Source of the DNA: a bacterium
GTDB lineage: Bacteria; UBA10199; 2-02-FULL-44-16; JAAZCA01
Length of the DNA: 64,000 nt
Direction of reading: 5' to 3'
NCBI GenBank assembly: GCA_963674695.2
Contig: CAXXGI010000001.1
Span: 928,001 to 992,000, forward strand
A program made the position numbers and the translations under genes. The notes under the pieces are model-generated. The model was not told where the DNA came from, searched no databases, and saw only the letters and a program-made list of their open reading frames with translations. How positions within the stretch are numbered: the stretch's first letter is position 1; every line of letters begins with the position of its first letter. Shown here one piece after another: positions 1-8,890 of the stretch.

Positions 1-198
1 CCGGACAGGCTTTCGCGCGCGCGGCCCTTCGTCATCATCGGCGCGTTCATCCTTGGCGCGCTGCTCACCCCGCCGGACGTCATCACCCAGGTGATGCTGG
101 CGCTGCCGCTGATGGTACTCTTCGAACTGGGGCTTCTGCTCGGGCGATGGCTCGCACGCAGGCGCCGCGCTTGTCCTGCCCCCTCCCATCTGGTATGA
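1..198 (+). CDS. tatC: TatC twin-arginine translocase subunit, 3' end (partial)
   Basis: Frame 1 reads RARPFVIIGAFILGALLTPPDVITQVMLALPLMVLFELG, the TatC TM5-TM6 TPPD signature; stop TGA at 196-198. Confidence 0.9.
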   Translation, partial: PDRLSRARPFVIIGAFILGALLTPPDVITQVMLALPLMVLFELGLLLGRWLARRRRACPAPSHLV

Positions 199-226
199 AT
201 AGATCCATCTTCGAAAGGATGCGCGC

Positions 227-1879
227 GTGAAAACCATCAAGATCATGATGAACGGGAAATCGCTGACGGCGAGCATCGGCTCACGCATCGCCGAGCTCCT
301 GCCCCGTGCACCGCACCGCGGCCCCTTCACGCCCGTGGGCGCCATCATCAACAACCGCCTCGACGGCCTCTACTACGAACTCAAAAGCCCCGCCACGATC
401 GAGACGCTCGACTACTCCAATCGCCAGGGCGTGGACATCTATCGACGCACCGCCTCCACGCTCCTCTATGCCGCCTTCGCCGACATCGCTCCCGAGGCGC
501 ACGTGGTCGTCGGTCAGTCCCTCTCCGATGGCTACTTCTTCGAGATCCACGGCTGTGCGGTCAATGCAGCGCTCATCAGCGAAATCGATGCGCACATGCG
601 CCAGATCGTCGAGGCCGACATCCCCATGCAGCCGGAATGGACGACCGTCGAAGAGGCGATGACGATCTTCGAGCGGCACGGAACGCCCGAAAAGGTGGAG
701 ATGCTCAAACAGCTTCGCCGCTCGGAAGTGCCGATCATCACGCTCGGCAAATACCGTGGGCTCGCGTACGGACCTGTCGCTTCGCGCACGGGGCTCATCG
801 ACGCCTTCCGCATCCACCCGTATGAACACGGCATCGTCCTCGGCTTTCCCGATGCAGACGGCAACCTGGCGAAATCCATTCCGCAACAGCCAAAACTCTT
901 CGCGATGTACGTGGAGGTCAAACGCTGGAATGAATTGGTGCACATTCAGAATGTGGCTGAGCTCAATGAGCGCTGCATGTACGGCGGCGCCATCGAGTTG
1001 GTGCAGGTGGCTGAGGCGCTGCACGAACAAAAGATATCAGCCATCGCCGAGGAGATCGTGCAGCGCAAGAAGACGAAGCTCATCCTCATCGCGGGTCCGT
1101 CCGGCTCCGGGAAGACGACTTTTTCCAAGCGGCTCACCATTCACCTGAAGACACTGGGACTCGAACCGGTCGCCATCTCGATGGACAACTACTATGTCGA
1201 TCGGCAGGCCACACCCAAGCATGCCGATGGCAGCTACAACTTCGAATGCCTCGAGGCGCTCGATGTCGAACTCTTCAACGACCAGATGGCCCGGCTCATG
1301 CGCGGCGAGGAGATCGATTCGCCCTACTACTCCTTTCCGATGGGGCGTCGCGATCCCGCGCGCAGCAAGCGCTTCAAACTCGAGCGTCACCAGGTCCTCA
1401 TCACCGAAGGAATCCACGGCCTCAACGAAGGACTCACGCCCGGCATCCCGGCGGACCGCAAGTTCAAGATCTACGTCTCGGCGCTCACGCAGCTCTGTCT
1501 GGATGATCACAACCGCATCTTCTCGACCGACACGCGGCTCTGCCGACGGCTGGTGCGCGACCGCCTCTTTCGTGGCACCTCCGCGGCCAATACGATCGCG
1601 GGCTGGGCGAGCGTTCGCGCCGGCGAGGGAAATTACATCTTTCCCTTTCAGGAGGAATCCGACGCCATCTTCAACTCGGCCATCGCCTACGAGCACGCGC
1701 TGCTCAAACCCTATGCCGAACGTTTTCTGACGGAAGTTTCACGTGAAGATCCGTCGTTCGCCGAAGCCAGCCGCCTCTACCGCTTCTTCTCCTACTTCAT
1801 CCCGATCCTCTCGCACGAGGTTCCCCACACCTCGATCCTGCGCGAGTTCGTCGGCGGCAGCGCGTTTCGATATCGATAA
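227..1879 (+). CDS. ThrRS N-terminal-like domain fused to uridine/nucleoside kinase
   Basis: N-terminal ThrRS-like motif (IYRRTASTLL...QSLSDGYF); C-terminal P-loop AGPSGSGKTT, SMDNYY, EGIHGLN, RRLVRD, SILREFVGGS. Confidence 0.85.
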   Translation: MKTIKIMMNGKSLTASIGSRIAELLPRAPHRGPFTPVGAIINNRLDGLYYELKSPATIETLDYSNRQGVDIYRRTASTLLYAAFADIAPEAHVVVGQSLSDGYFFEIHGCAVNAALISEIDAHMRQIVEADIPMQPEWTTVEEAMTIFERHGTPEKVEMLKQLRRSEVPIITLGKYRGLAYGPVASRTGLIDAFRIHPYEHGIVLGFPDADGNLAKSIPQQPKLFAMYVEVKRWNELVHIQNVAELNERCMYGGAIELVQVAEALHEQKISAIAEEIVQRKKTKLILIAGPSGSGKTTFSKRLTIHLKTLGLEPVAISMDNYYVDRQATPKHADGSYNFECLEALDVELFNDQMARLMRGEEIDSPYYSFPMGRRDPARSKRFKLERHQVLITEGIHGLNEGLTPGIPADRKFKIYVSALTQLCLDDHNRIFSTDTRLCRRLVRDRLFRGTSAANTIAGWASVRAGEGNYIFPFQEESDAIFNSAIAYEHALLKPYAERFLTEVSREDPSFAEASRLYRFFSYFIPILSHEVPHTSILREFVGGSAFRYR

Positions 1880-1929
1880 CGAATACAACCAAGAACCGAA
1901 GAAATTGGGAACCGAGAAACCGGACGGGG

Positions 1930-2002
1930 GTTGTCATCCTGAGCAAAGCGAAGGATCCCCTGGAATTCCATGGAGATCCTTCGCTTCGCTCAGGATGACA
2001 AC
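1930..2002. repeat. REP-like palindrome (GTCATCCTGAGC...GCTCAGGATGAC family)
   Basis: gttgtcatcctgagcaaagcgaaggatc ... gatccttcgcttcgctcaggatgacaac, near-perfect inverted repeat between convergent genes. Confidence 0.85.
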
Positions 2003-2011
2003 TGAAACACC

Positions 2012-3139
2012 CTACCGAAAGACTTTGCGGAAGCGGAGCGCGCCGACCGTGAACGAGACGGCGCCGATCGCGGTCAGCGCTACGAGTTCCCGCCACATAA
2101 AGATGAGGCTGTTCCCCTTGAGAAAAATCCCCACCCCCAGGTCGATATAGTACTTCAACGGCGAAAAATGCACGAGGGTCTGCATCCAGTTGGGCATCGC
2201 CTCCATCGGCACGAATGCGCCCGAGAGAAACATGATCGGCACGAGCACGAGGATCGAGAAGAGCACCGTGTCGGAGAGGTTCGACGAGATCGTCGAGATC
2301 ATGAGCCCCAACCCGGAGATCGCCGTGACATAGAGCAGGGTGACGAAGAAGAAGGCGACAACGCTCCCCTGGAACGGAATGCCGGTGACCGGCACCAGGA
2401 TCACGAAGATGGAGATGAACGAAGCGAAGAAGAGCACGACGACCATCGGCACGATCTTGGCGACCATGATCTCCCAGGTTCGAAGCGGCGTCACCATGAG
2501 CTGTTCGATCGTGCCGAACTGTTTCTCGTTCACCATGGCCGTGGCGATGAGCAGGATGCCGATGAGGGTTAAGTCGACGAAGAACTCCATGAGCGAGAAG
2601 TTCCAACGGTCGAGCAGGTTGGGATTGTACCAATTGCGCTTGGCTGAGACCACCTGCGGCACCACCTGCTCCGCCGACGGCGTGACGTTCCACTTCGTCA
2701 TCATGAGTTCGATATTGCGCCGCGCCACGATGTTGGCGATATAGCCCGCGGCCAGCTCCGAGGAGTTGCTGATCGATCCATCGAGCAGCACCTGCATCTG
2801 TGCCGGTTCACCCGCCCCCATCTTCCGGCTAAAATCCTCCGGGAAGATGACCACCACGGCCACCGCGCCCGACTCGATGATGGGTTCAATCTCGTCCTCC
2901 TGCTGAAGGACATGCGTGATCTGAAAGAACGGCTCGCGCAGGTCCTCGATCACCTGCCGACTCTCCTCGGTCTTGGAGAGATCATAGACCGCCAGCGGAT
3001 AGTCGTGGATGTCCATGGAGATGGAGCCAGCCGAATAGACGTCGATCGTCATGCAATAGAGCACGATGATGATGAGCGGCAGGTTCCGGAAGAACTGCAG
3101 GAACTCCTTGCGCATCAGGATGTAGAGTCGAAAACCCAT
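2012..3139 (-). CDS. ABC-2 type exporter permease (YbhR-like)
   Basis: MRKEFLQFFRN start, EKQFGTIEQLMVTPL, FLSGAFVPMEAMP. Confidence 0.9.
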   Translation of the reverse strand: MGFRLYILMRKEFLQFFRNLPLIIIVLYCMTIDVYSAGSISMDIHDYPLAVYDLSKTEESRQVIEDLREPFFQITHVLQQEDEIEPIIESGAVAVVVIFPEDFSRKMGAGEPAQMQVLLDGSISNSSELAAGYIANIVARRNIELMMTKWNVTPSAEQVVPQVVSAKRNWYNPNLLDRWNFSLMEFFVDLTLIGILLIATAMVNEKQFGTIEQLMVTPLRTWEIMVAKIVPMVVVLFFASFISIFVILVPVTGIPFQGSVVAFFFVTLLYVTAISGLGLMISTISSNLSDTVLFSILVLVPIMFLSGAFVPMEAMPNWMQTLVHFSPLKYYIDLGVGIFLKGNSLIFMWRELVALTAIGAVSFTVGALRFRKVFR

Positions 3140-3142
3140 TCG

Positions 3143-4291
3143 TTATCCAATTCGTTTCTTGAACAAGCGGATGCTCAAGCCGAAGAATCCGAAACAGAAG
3201 AGCAGGATCATCGCGACATCCTTGTGGAGATAGGAAAACCCCGCCCCCTTGACCATGATCTTGCGCAGCATATCGATCTCGAACGTGGTGGGCATGATCC
3301 ACGACATGGACTGCGCATTCTTCTCCATGCTGGAGATCGGCACCATGAATCCCGAGAAGAGAAAGGACGGCATCACCGTCCCCACGAAGGTGACGAGGAT
3401 CGCCGCCACCTGGGAATTGAGCATGACCGCCACGAAGAGCCCGATGGCCACGACGGAAGCGACATAGAAGAAGGAGAAGAAGCAGAGGATTCCCAGCGAC
3501 CCGCGCACGGGGACGTCGAAGATGAAGACGGTGAAGGCGAGGAAGAGCAAAAAATTGGCGTAGGCGATCAGGACATACGGCGTCATCTTGCCGAGCAGAT
3601 ATTCGGCCTTACTCAGGCTCGAACAGTACATGTTGAGGATGGAGCCGCTCTCCTTCTCGCGCGCGAGCGAAATGGTGGCGACGATCGGCGGGAAGAAGAT
3701 CATGACGAGTGCAATGATCGCGGGGACCATAAAGTCATCGCTGCGAAAGGCCGAGTTGTACCACCCGCTGGCCATGAGCTCGATGGGCACCGCATCGGCC
3801 GCCGCATACCCCGGACGCGTCGCGGCATATTTGGCCAGGACCTGGGAGCTATAGTTGGCCAGGATTGCATCGACATACCCTCCCATGAGGCTGGCCGTGT
3901 TCGGATAGGCACCATCGACGAGCACCTGCACCTCGACCGGAATACCTTTTTTTAACTTCTGCGAATAATAGGTCGGGATGACCAGGATCACCCGGATGTG
4001 CCCGAGGTTCATCTCGCGCACGGCCTCGTCGTAATCGTTCGCCACGACCTTGAGGTTGAAGAGATCGGTGGCGTTTTCAAACTGATCGATGAGCTCGCGA
4101 CTCGTCGCGGTCTTGTCCAGGTCCACCACGCCCATGGGGCTATTCTTGGCATCGAGCGGCAGCCCGTAGGCAAAGAGAAAGTAGAAGATCACCGGCGCCA
4201 GGATCGTCATCAAAAAGAAGATATGGTTGCGCTTGAGTTCCAAGAACTCCTTGCGCATCACCGCCAGATATCGTCGGAAACAAAAACGCAC
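3143..4291 (-). CDS. ABC-2 type exporter permease (YbhS-like)
   Basis: MRKEFLELKR, AREKESGSILNMY, LFSGFMVPISSM; GTG start at 4291 with GAGG upstream. Confidence 0.88.
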   Translation of the reverse strand: MRFCFRRYLAVMRKEFLELKRNHIFFLMTILAPVIFYFLFAYGLPLDAKNSPMGVVDLDKTATSRELIDQFENATDLFNLKVVANDYDEAVREMNLGHIRVILVIPTYYSQKLKKGIPVEVQVLVDGAYPNTASLMGGYVDAILANYSSQVLAKYAATRPGYAAADAVPIELMASGWYNSAFRSDDFMVPAIIALVMIFFPPIVATISLAREKESGSILNMYCSSLSKAEYLLGKMTPYVLIAYANFLLFLAFTVFIFDVPVRGSLGILCFFSFFYVASVVAIGLFVAVMLNSQVAAILVTFVGTVMPSFLFSGFMVPISSMEKNAQSMSWIMPTTFEIDMLRKIMVKGAGFSYLHKDVAMILLFCFGFFGLSIRLFKKRIG

Positions 4292-4376
4292 GAAACACCT
4301 CTCATATAGGGGCACCTCTAAAAACACAGCTATTGATGCCACCTCCTGGGGAAAACGGAGATGACAGAACCAAAGG

Positions 4377-4454
4377 GTGTCATTCCCGCATGGGGTAAGC
4401 GGGAATCTCGATTGTTACGAAACATCGGGATCCCCGCGTTCGCGGGGATGACAC
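4377..4454. repeat. REP-like element (GTCATTCCCGC/GCGGGGATGAC family)
   Basis: Two hairpin arms gtcattcccgc..gcgggaatctcg and cgggatccccgc..gcggggatgac; same family as copies at 8752, 12593, 13674, 29041, 38458 and 52942. Confidence 0.85.
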
Positions 4455-4478
4455 TCCCGAGGCCAGCGTGCCCAAACA

Positions 4479-6428
4479 TTATTTTCCCTCACCACTGGCC
4501 TGTTCGCAGAACGTCACGAAGACGTCTTCGAAGGGCATCTGTCCCAGTACCGCTGCGCGCAGTTCGATCCCCTTCTCCTTGAGCAGGTCGCGAATCTGCC
4601 CCACCGCGCGTTGGCCCTCCTTGGTATAGAGATGCACCTCCGCGCCATAGATGAAGCAGTGCTCGAACGTGGACTTGAGCGCATCGACCGCGCCGAAGGG
4701 ATCGCTCGTGGCGAGTTCAAGCAGTTGCCCGATCTGTGCGGTCACCTGCCCCTTCAGTTCGTCGGGCGCGCCCAGCGCCACGAGCTTACCGCGCGTCATG
4801 AGCGAGAGGCGATCGCAGTGCTCCGCCTCGTCCATATAGTGCGTGGTGACGAGGACGGTCACGCCCATCCGGCGCGAGAGCAGATAAATGATGTCCCAGA
4901 ACTGGCGCCGCGCGATCGGATCCACCCCCGAGGTCGGCTCATCCAGAAAGATCACCTCCGGCTTGTGAATGATGGCACAGCCGAGTGCTAAGCGCTGCTT
5001 GATCCCCATGGGCAAATCACCCGTGACCGCATCGCCCTGCCCCGCCAGATCCGCGATGCGCAGGATGAGATCGCGCCGGTGAGGGAGCTCGTCGCGCGGC
5101 ACGCCGTAGATCCCGCCGTAGAGTTCGATGTTCTCCTCGACGGTCAGGTCGCGGTAGAGCGAAAACTTCTGCGACATGTAGCCGATGCTCTTCTTGATCT
5201 CGAACTGCTGGCGGAAGAGATCGAGCCCGGCGATAAATCCCTTGCCGTCCGTCGGCGGATAGAGGCCGCAGAGCATCTTGATGGTCGTGGTCTTTCCCGC
5301 GCCGTTGGGACCCAGGAATCCAAAGATCTCGCCGTGGCGCACATCGAGGGAGACGCGATCCACCGCGGTGAACGCGCCGAAGCGTTTGGTGAGCTCCTCG
5401 GTGCGAATCATCACGTCGCGGTTTTCAGGCGCATGCCCCGCCTGTGTGCCAAAGAACTCTTCGAAGGCGGCCTCGTCGATCCCCTCGCGCCCGCTGGCGA
5501 TCTTCGAGAGGAAGACGTCCTCGATGCCCGGCGTGTCAACCTTTGCCCCCTCGATTGTGGCCCCATGCGCACGCACATACGTGGCGATCTGTTCCGGGCC
5601 ATCCTTTTTGCTGATCACGTTGATCGCGTCGCCCATGGGATAGGCCATACGCACATCATCCATCTCCTTGATGACCTTGAGTGCGCGCTGTTGCTCCTCG
5701 ATCGTGGCGACGGAGACCTGCGAAAATTTTCCGTCGAGTTTTGCCGGAAACGATTCCGGCGGACCCCGCTCGATGATCTCACCGCCGTGCATCATGAGGA
5801 TCTCGTGACAGCGCGCGGCCTCATCCATGTAGGAGGTGGTGAGAAAGACGGTGAGCCCTCGCTGTTTGACCATGTCGTTGACGACCGTCCAGATATCGCG
5901 GCGCGAGATCGGATCGACGCCGGTGGTCGGCTCGTCGAGAAAAACGAGCGGCGGCTCATGGATGAGCGTGCAGACGAGTGCGAGCTTCTGCTTCATTCCG
6001 CCCGAGAGATTCTTGGCCGGTCGGTCGCGGAAGGGATCGAGGCCCGTCGCATCGAGCAGGAGTTTTTTACGCGTGTCGCGCTGCTCGCGCGAGAGCAGGT
6101 TGATCGCCGCAAAGTAATCGACGTTCTCCTCGACGGAGAGCTCCTGCGCGAGCGACATCCCCAGCCCCTGCGGCAGGAGGCCGATGGAGGTCTTGATGCG
6201 CTCCGGATCGGTCAGCACATTGCAGCCCAGCACCGTGACCGCGCCCTGTTTGGTCCCCAGAACGCCGCTGATGATGTGGATGAGGGTCGACTTCCCCGCG
6301 CCGTCCGGCCCGATGAGGCCAAAGATCTGGCCGGGCTGCACCACGAGCGAGACGTCGTCGACCGCCCGAAGTTTTTTGTAAAACTTCGAGACGCCCTCGA
6401 CCCGGATGATGGGATCGGCATCGGTCAT
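4479..6428 (-). CDS. ABC transporter ATP-binding protein with two NBDs (YbhF/RbbA-like)
   Basis: Two Walker A motifs (GPDGAGKST, GPNGAGKTT), LSGGMKQK, two LDEPT motifs; ATGA overlap with the upstream gene. Confidence 0.92.
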   Translation of the reverse strand: MTDADPIIRVEGVSKFYKKLRAVDDVSLVVQPGQIFGLIGPDGAGKSTLIHIISGVLGTKQGAVTVLGCNVLTDPERIKTSIGLLPQGLGMSLAQELSVEENVDYFAAINLLSREQRDTRKKLLLDATGLDPFRDRPAKNLSGGMKQKLALVCTLIHEPPLVFLDEPTTGVDPISRRDIWTVVNDMVKQRGLTVFLTTSYMDEAARCHEILMMHGGEIIERGPPESFPAKLDGKFSQVSVATIEEQQRALKVIKEMDDVRMAYPMGDAINVISKKDGPEQIATYVRAHGATIEGAKVDTPGIEDVFLSKIASGREGIDEAAFEEFFGTQAGHAPENRDVMIRTEELTKRFGAFTAVDRVSLDVRHGEIFGFLGPNGAGKTTTIKMLCGLYPPTDGKGFIAGLDLFRQQFEIKKSIGYMSQKFSLYRDLTVEENIELYGGIYGVPRDELPHRRDLILRIADLAGQGDAVTGDLPMGIKQRLALGCAIIHKPEVIFLDEPTSGVDPIARRQFWDIIYLLSRRMGVTVLVTTHYMDEAEHCDRLSLMTRGKLVALGAPDELKGQVTAQIGQLLELATSDPFGAVDALKSTFEHCFIYGAEVHLYTKEGQRAVGQIRDLLKEKGIELRAAVLGQMPFEDVFVTFCEQASGEGK

Positions 6429-7372
6429 GGTTTGTCGTAGGACGTCCACTTAGCCTTCGGCTTGATGCGGATGGCGCCGCTCGCCGGCATGCCGGGCTTG
6501 AGCTTGTGCTCGGGATTTTTTTGAACGTCACACTTGATCCGGAAGACGAGTTTGGCCCGCTGGCTCTTGGTCTCGACGTTCTTCGGCGTGAACTGCGCCT
6601 TCGGGGCGATCTTGGTCACGCGCGCCTCGAACATGTCGCCGGGCAGCGCATCGGGGAAGATGCGCACGTCATCATTCAAGTTCACCTTGCCCGCCCAGTC
6701 GGTGGCGAGAAAGACCTGGAAGTAGAGTTTGTCGAGGTTGACCATCGTGACGATCGGCGTGCCCACGGCGACGACCTCGCCCGGGCGCACGACCTTGGTG
6801 ACGACCGTCCCGTCGGTGGGCGCGACCACGAGCGTGTCGGCAAAATCGGCCTCGGCCGCCACGAGCGCCTCGGACGCGACGGTCTGGTCCTTCTGGTATC
6901 GGTTGAATTCCAACGACGCGATCGCGCGTTTCGCGAGCAACCGTTTATGGTCCTCATATTCGATATTCGCCAGCGTCGCCCGCGAACGCGCCTGTTCGAG
7001 TGCGGCCGCGAGCTGTTTGGATTCGATGCGCGCGATCGGATCGCCCTTGGCGACGACCTGCCCCTCGTCGACGAAGACCTCCATCACCTTGCCCGCCACC
7101 TTCGTGCCCGCGTGGTATTCATAGGCCTCGATACGCCCACTCACATCCATAAACCCATGGCGCAGGTTGCTGCCGGAAAAGTAACGCCCGATGAAGACCA
7201 GGAGCCCCACAAAAACCAGGAGGACGAAGAGGCCGGCAAAGATCAGTCGCGCCTTGTGCTTGGATTCCTGAAACTTCTGCCACGCCTGGCGAATGGCCGC
7301 GACAGCGCGCTGCAGGAGGCCCTTGGAGCGCTCTTCGACCACGTCGAGCTTGAGTCGTTTATTCTGCGACAT
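6425..7372 (-). CDS. HlyD-family periplasmic adaptor (YbhG-like)
   Basis: One N-terminal TM, lipoyl-like VDEGQVVAKGD, AQFTPKNVET, LKPGMPA. Confidence 0.9.
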   Translation of the reverse strand: MSQNKRLKLDVVEERSKGLLQRAVAAIRQAWQKFQESKHKARLIFAGLFVLLVFVGLLVFIGRYFSGSNLRHGFMDVSGRIEAYEYHAGTKVAGKVMEVFVDEGQVVAKGDPIARIESKQLAAALEQARSRATLANIEYEDHKRLLAKRAIASLEFNRYQKDQTVASEALVAAEADFADTLVVAPTDGTVVTKVVRPGEVVAVGTPIVTMVNLDKLYFQVFLATDWAGKVNLNDDVRIFPDALPGDMFEARVTKIAPKAQFTPKNVETKSQRAKLVFRIKCDVQKNPEHKLKPGMPASGAIRIKPKAKWTSYDKP

Positions 7373-8666
7373 CCACCCCTCCATTCTCAAACACCGGAAC
7401 GCCCGCCACCTGGCGCAGCCGCGCCGCGATGAGCTGACGGGAACAGCGCGCCTCATAGGATCGCAGCGTCGCATTCGTCCAGAGCGCGATCGCCTCTCGA
7501 ACATCGAGCGCCGGCACCATGCCACTGGCATAGCGCTCGCGCACAATACGCAGGTTCTCCGCCGTTTTGGCCCGATTGCGCGACGCCACCCGCACCTCTT
7601 CGCTGGAGCGCTTCCAGGCGCGCATCACGTCATCGCGCTCCACCGCATAGGCCTCGACGAGCGCCTGCCGCTCGAACCGATAGCGCACCTGGCGCGCCTG
7701 CGCGGCCTGTCGCTGCCCCCAGTGGCGGCGCCCATCGAAGAGCGGCAGCCGCACACCGCCGACGAACTTGTATTGATCCTTGTTCATCGTGAAGCTGTCA
7801 TCCGTATAGGAGACCTCGGCCCTCCCATAAAACCGTGGGAGATAGGCCAGCCCCTCGGCCTGCGCCTCGAGGCGCGCCGCCTCGGTCTGGGCATTCTTGG
7901 CCTTGACCTCGGGTCGCTCGATCGGCTCCGGAATGAAGGCCGGAGGCACCGGCACCATGGGTTCCGCCACATCCCCCGGCATCTGCCCGATGATCGCGGC
8001 CAGGCGCATGGCCTCCACATTCACGCCGTCTTCGGCCTCGCGCACCTTGAGCCGTGCATCGGCAGCGGCCACCTCGGCGGCGAGCACGTCGTTGTAGGCG
8101 ACCATGTCCTGCCGATAGCGCAGGCGCGCCACACGCTCGTGTTCGTTCCAGGCGCTCGCGGCCTTGCGCGCGACCTCCATCTGTTTTTTTGAAAGATAAT
8201 ACCCGCTGTAGACGTGCACGAGCTCCACCGCGCGCGATTGCGTCCGCGCCGTGACCGTGTGCTCGGCCGCATTCACGTTCTCGCGCGCACTCTTATATCG
8301 CGCGATCGACATACCGCTGTCGAAAAACATCTGCTCCATGCCAACGGCGACGCTGGGAACGGTATCGTCGGTCGCCTTGAAGGGAATGGTCTGGTTGATT
8401 CCGAGGGCGGGAACCGGCTCCATCATCCAGCCGAAGTCCTTGGCGAAATAGCGAACCTTCGCCTCGCCGCCGATCTGCGGGAGAAAGGCCGCCATCGCGG
8501 ACGTCCGCTCCCCCTTGCTCTCGGGCAGGATCTCGCGCGCCGCCTGCAGGGCGGGGTCGTTGTCCATGGCCAGCTCCCACGCCTCGGAGAGCGTGAGCAG
8601 ATCGACCGCATACGCGTGAGCGGAGAGAAAGAGGAGAACAACAATGGCCGCGACGGTTCGTTTCAT
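7359..8666 (-). CDS. TolC-family outer membrane efflux protein
   Basis: Signal peptide, LTLSEAWELAMDNDPAL, LPLFDG, RYASG helical repeats. Confidence 0.88.
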   Translation of the reverse strand: MKRTVAAIVVLLFLSAHAYAVDLLTLSEAWELAMDNDPALQAAREILPESKGERTSAMAAFLPQIGGEAKVRYFAKDFGWMMEPVPALGINQTIPFKATDDTVPSVAVGMEQMFFDSGMSIARYKSARENVNAAEHTVTARTQSRAVELVHVYSGYYLSKKQMEVARKAASAWNEHERVARLRYRQDMVAYNDVLAAEVAAADARLKVREAEDGVNVEAMRLAAIIGQMPGDVAEPMVPVPPAFIPEPIERPEVKAKNAQTEAARLEAQAEGLAYLPRFYGRAEVSYTDDSFTMNKDQYKFVGGVRLPLFDGRRHWGQRQAAQARQVRYRFERQALVEAYAVERDDVMRAWKRSSEEVRVASRNRAKTAENLRIVRERYASGMVPALDVREAIALWTNATLRSYEARCSRQLIAARLRQVAGVPVFENGGVDVAE

Positions 8667-8751
8667 GGGCCCCACATGAACGATCGAAAATAGGGAGATG
8701 AAATCGGGGCAGATTGTATCTGTTTTGAGCTATTTCGCAAGGAGTTGTAGG

Positions 8752-8876
8752 GCTGTCATCCCCGCGCAGGCGGGGATCTCGATTGGCCATTACAAGCGAG
8801 ATTCCCCCGCCACACAACCGGCGGGCAGGCTGCCTGCGCGGGAACGACAGCACGAGAAAACTTTGTCAGCAGTCTG
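8752..8876. mobile_element. REP-containing MITE-like element with one intact IS-like end
   Basis: REP core 8752-8851 plus right end tttgtcagcagtctg (8862-8876), the exact reverse complement of 52916-52930. Confidence 0.7.
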
Positions 8877-8890
8877 AAATGCTTCAACGC

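Noticed and set aside
227-1879. ThrRS-like/uridine kinase fusion as a novelty
   Set aside because: This is a known, widespread architecture.
4310-4326. IS-like end GGGCACCTCTAAAAAC
   Set aside because: No matching second end or transposase nearby.
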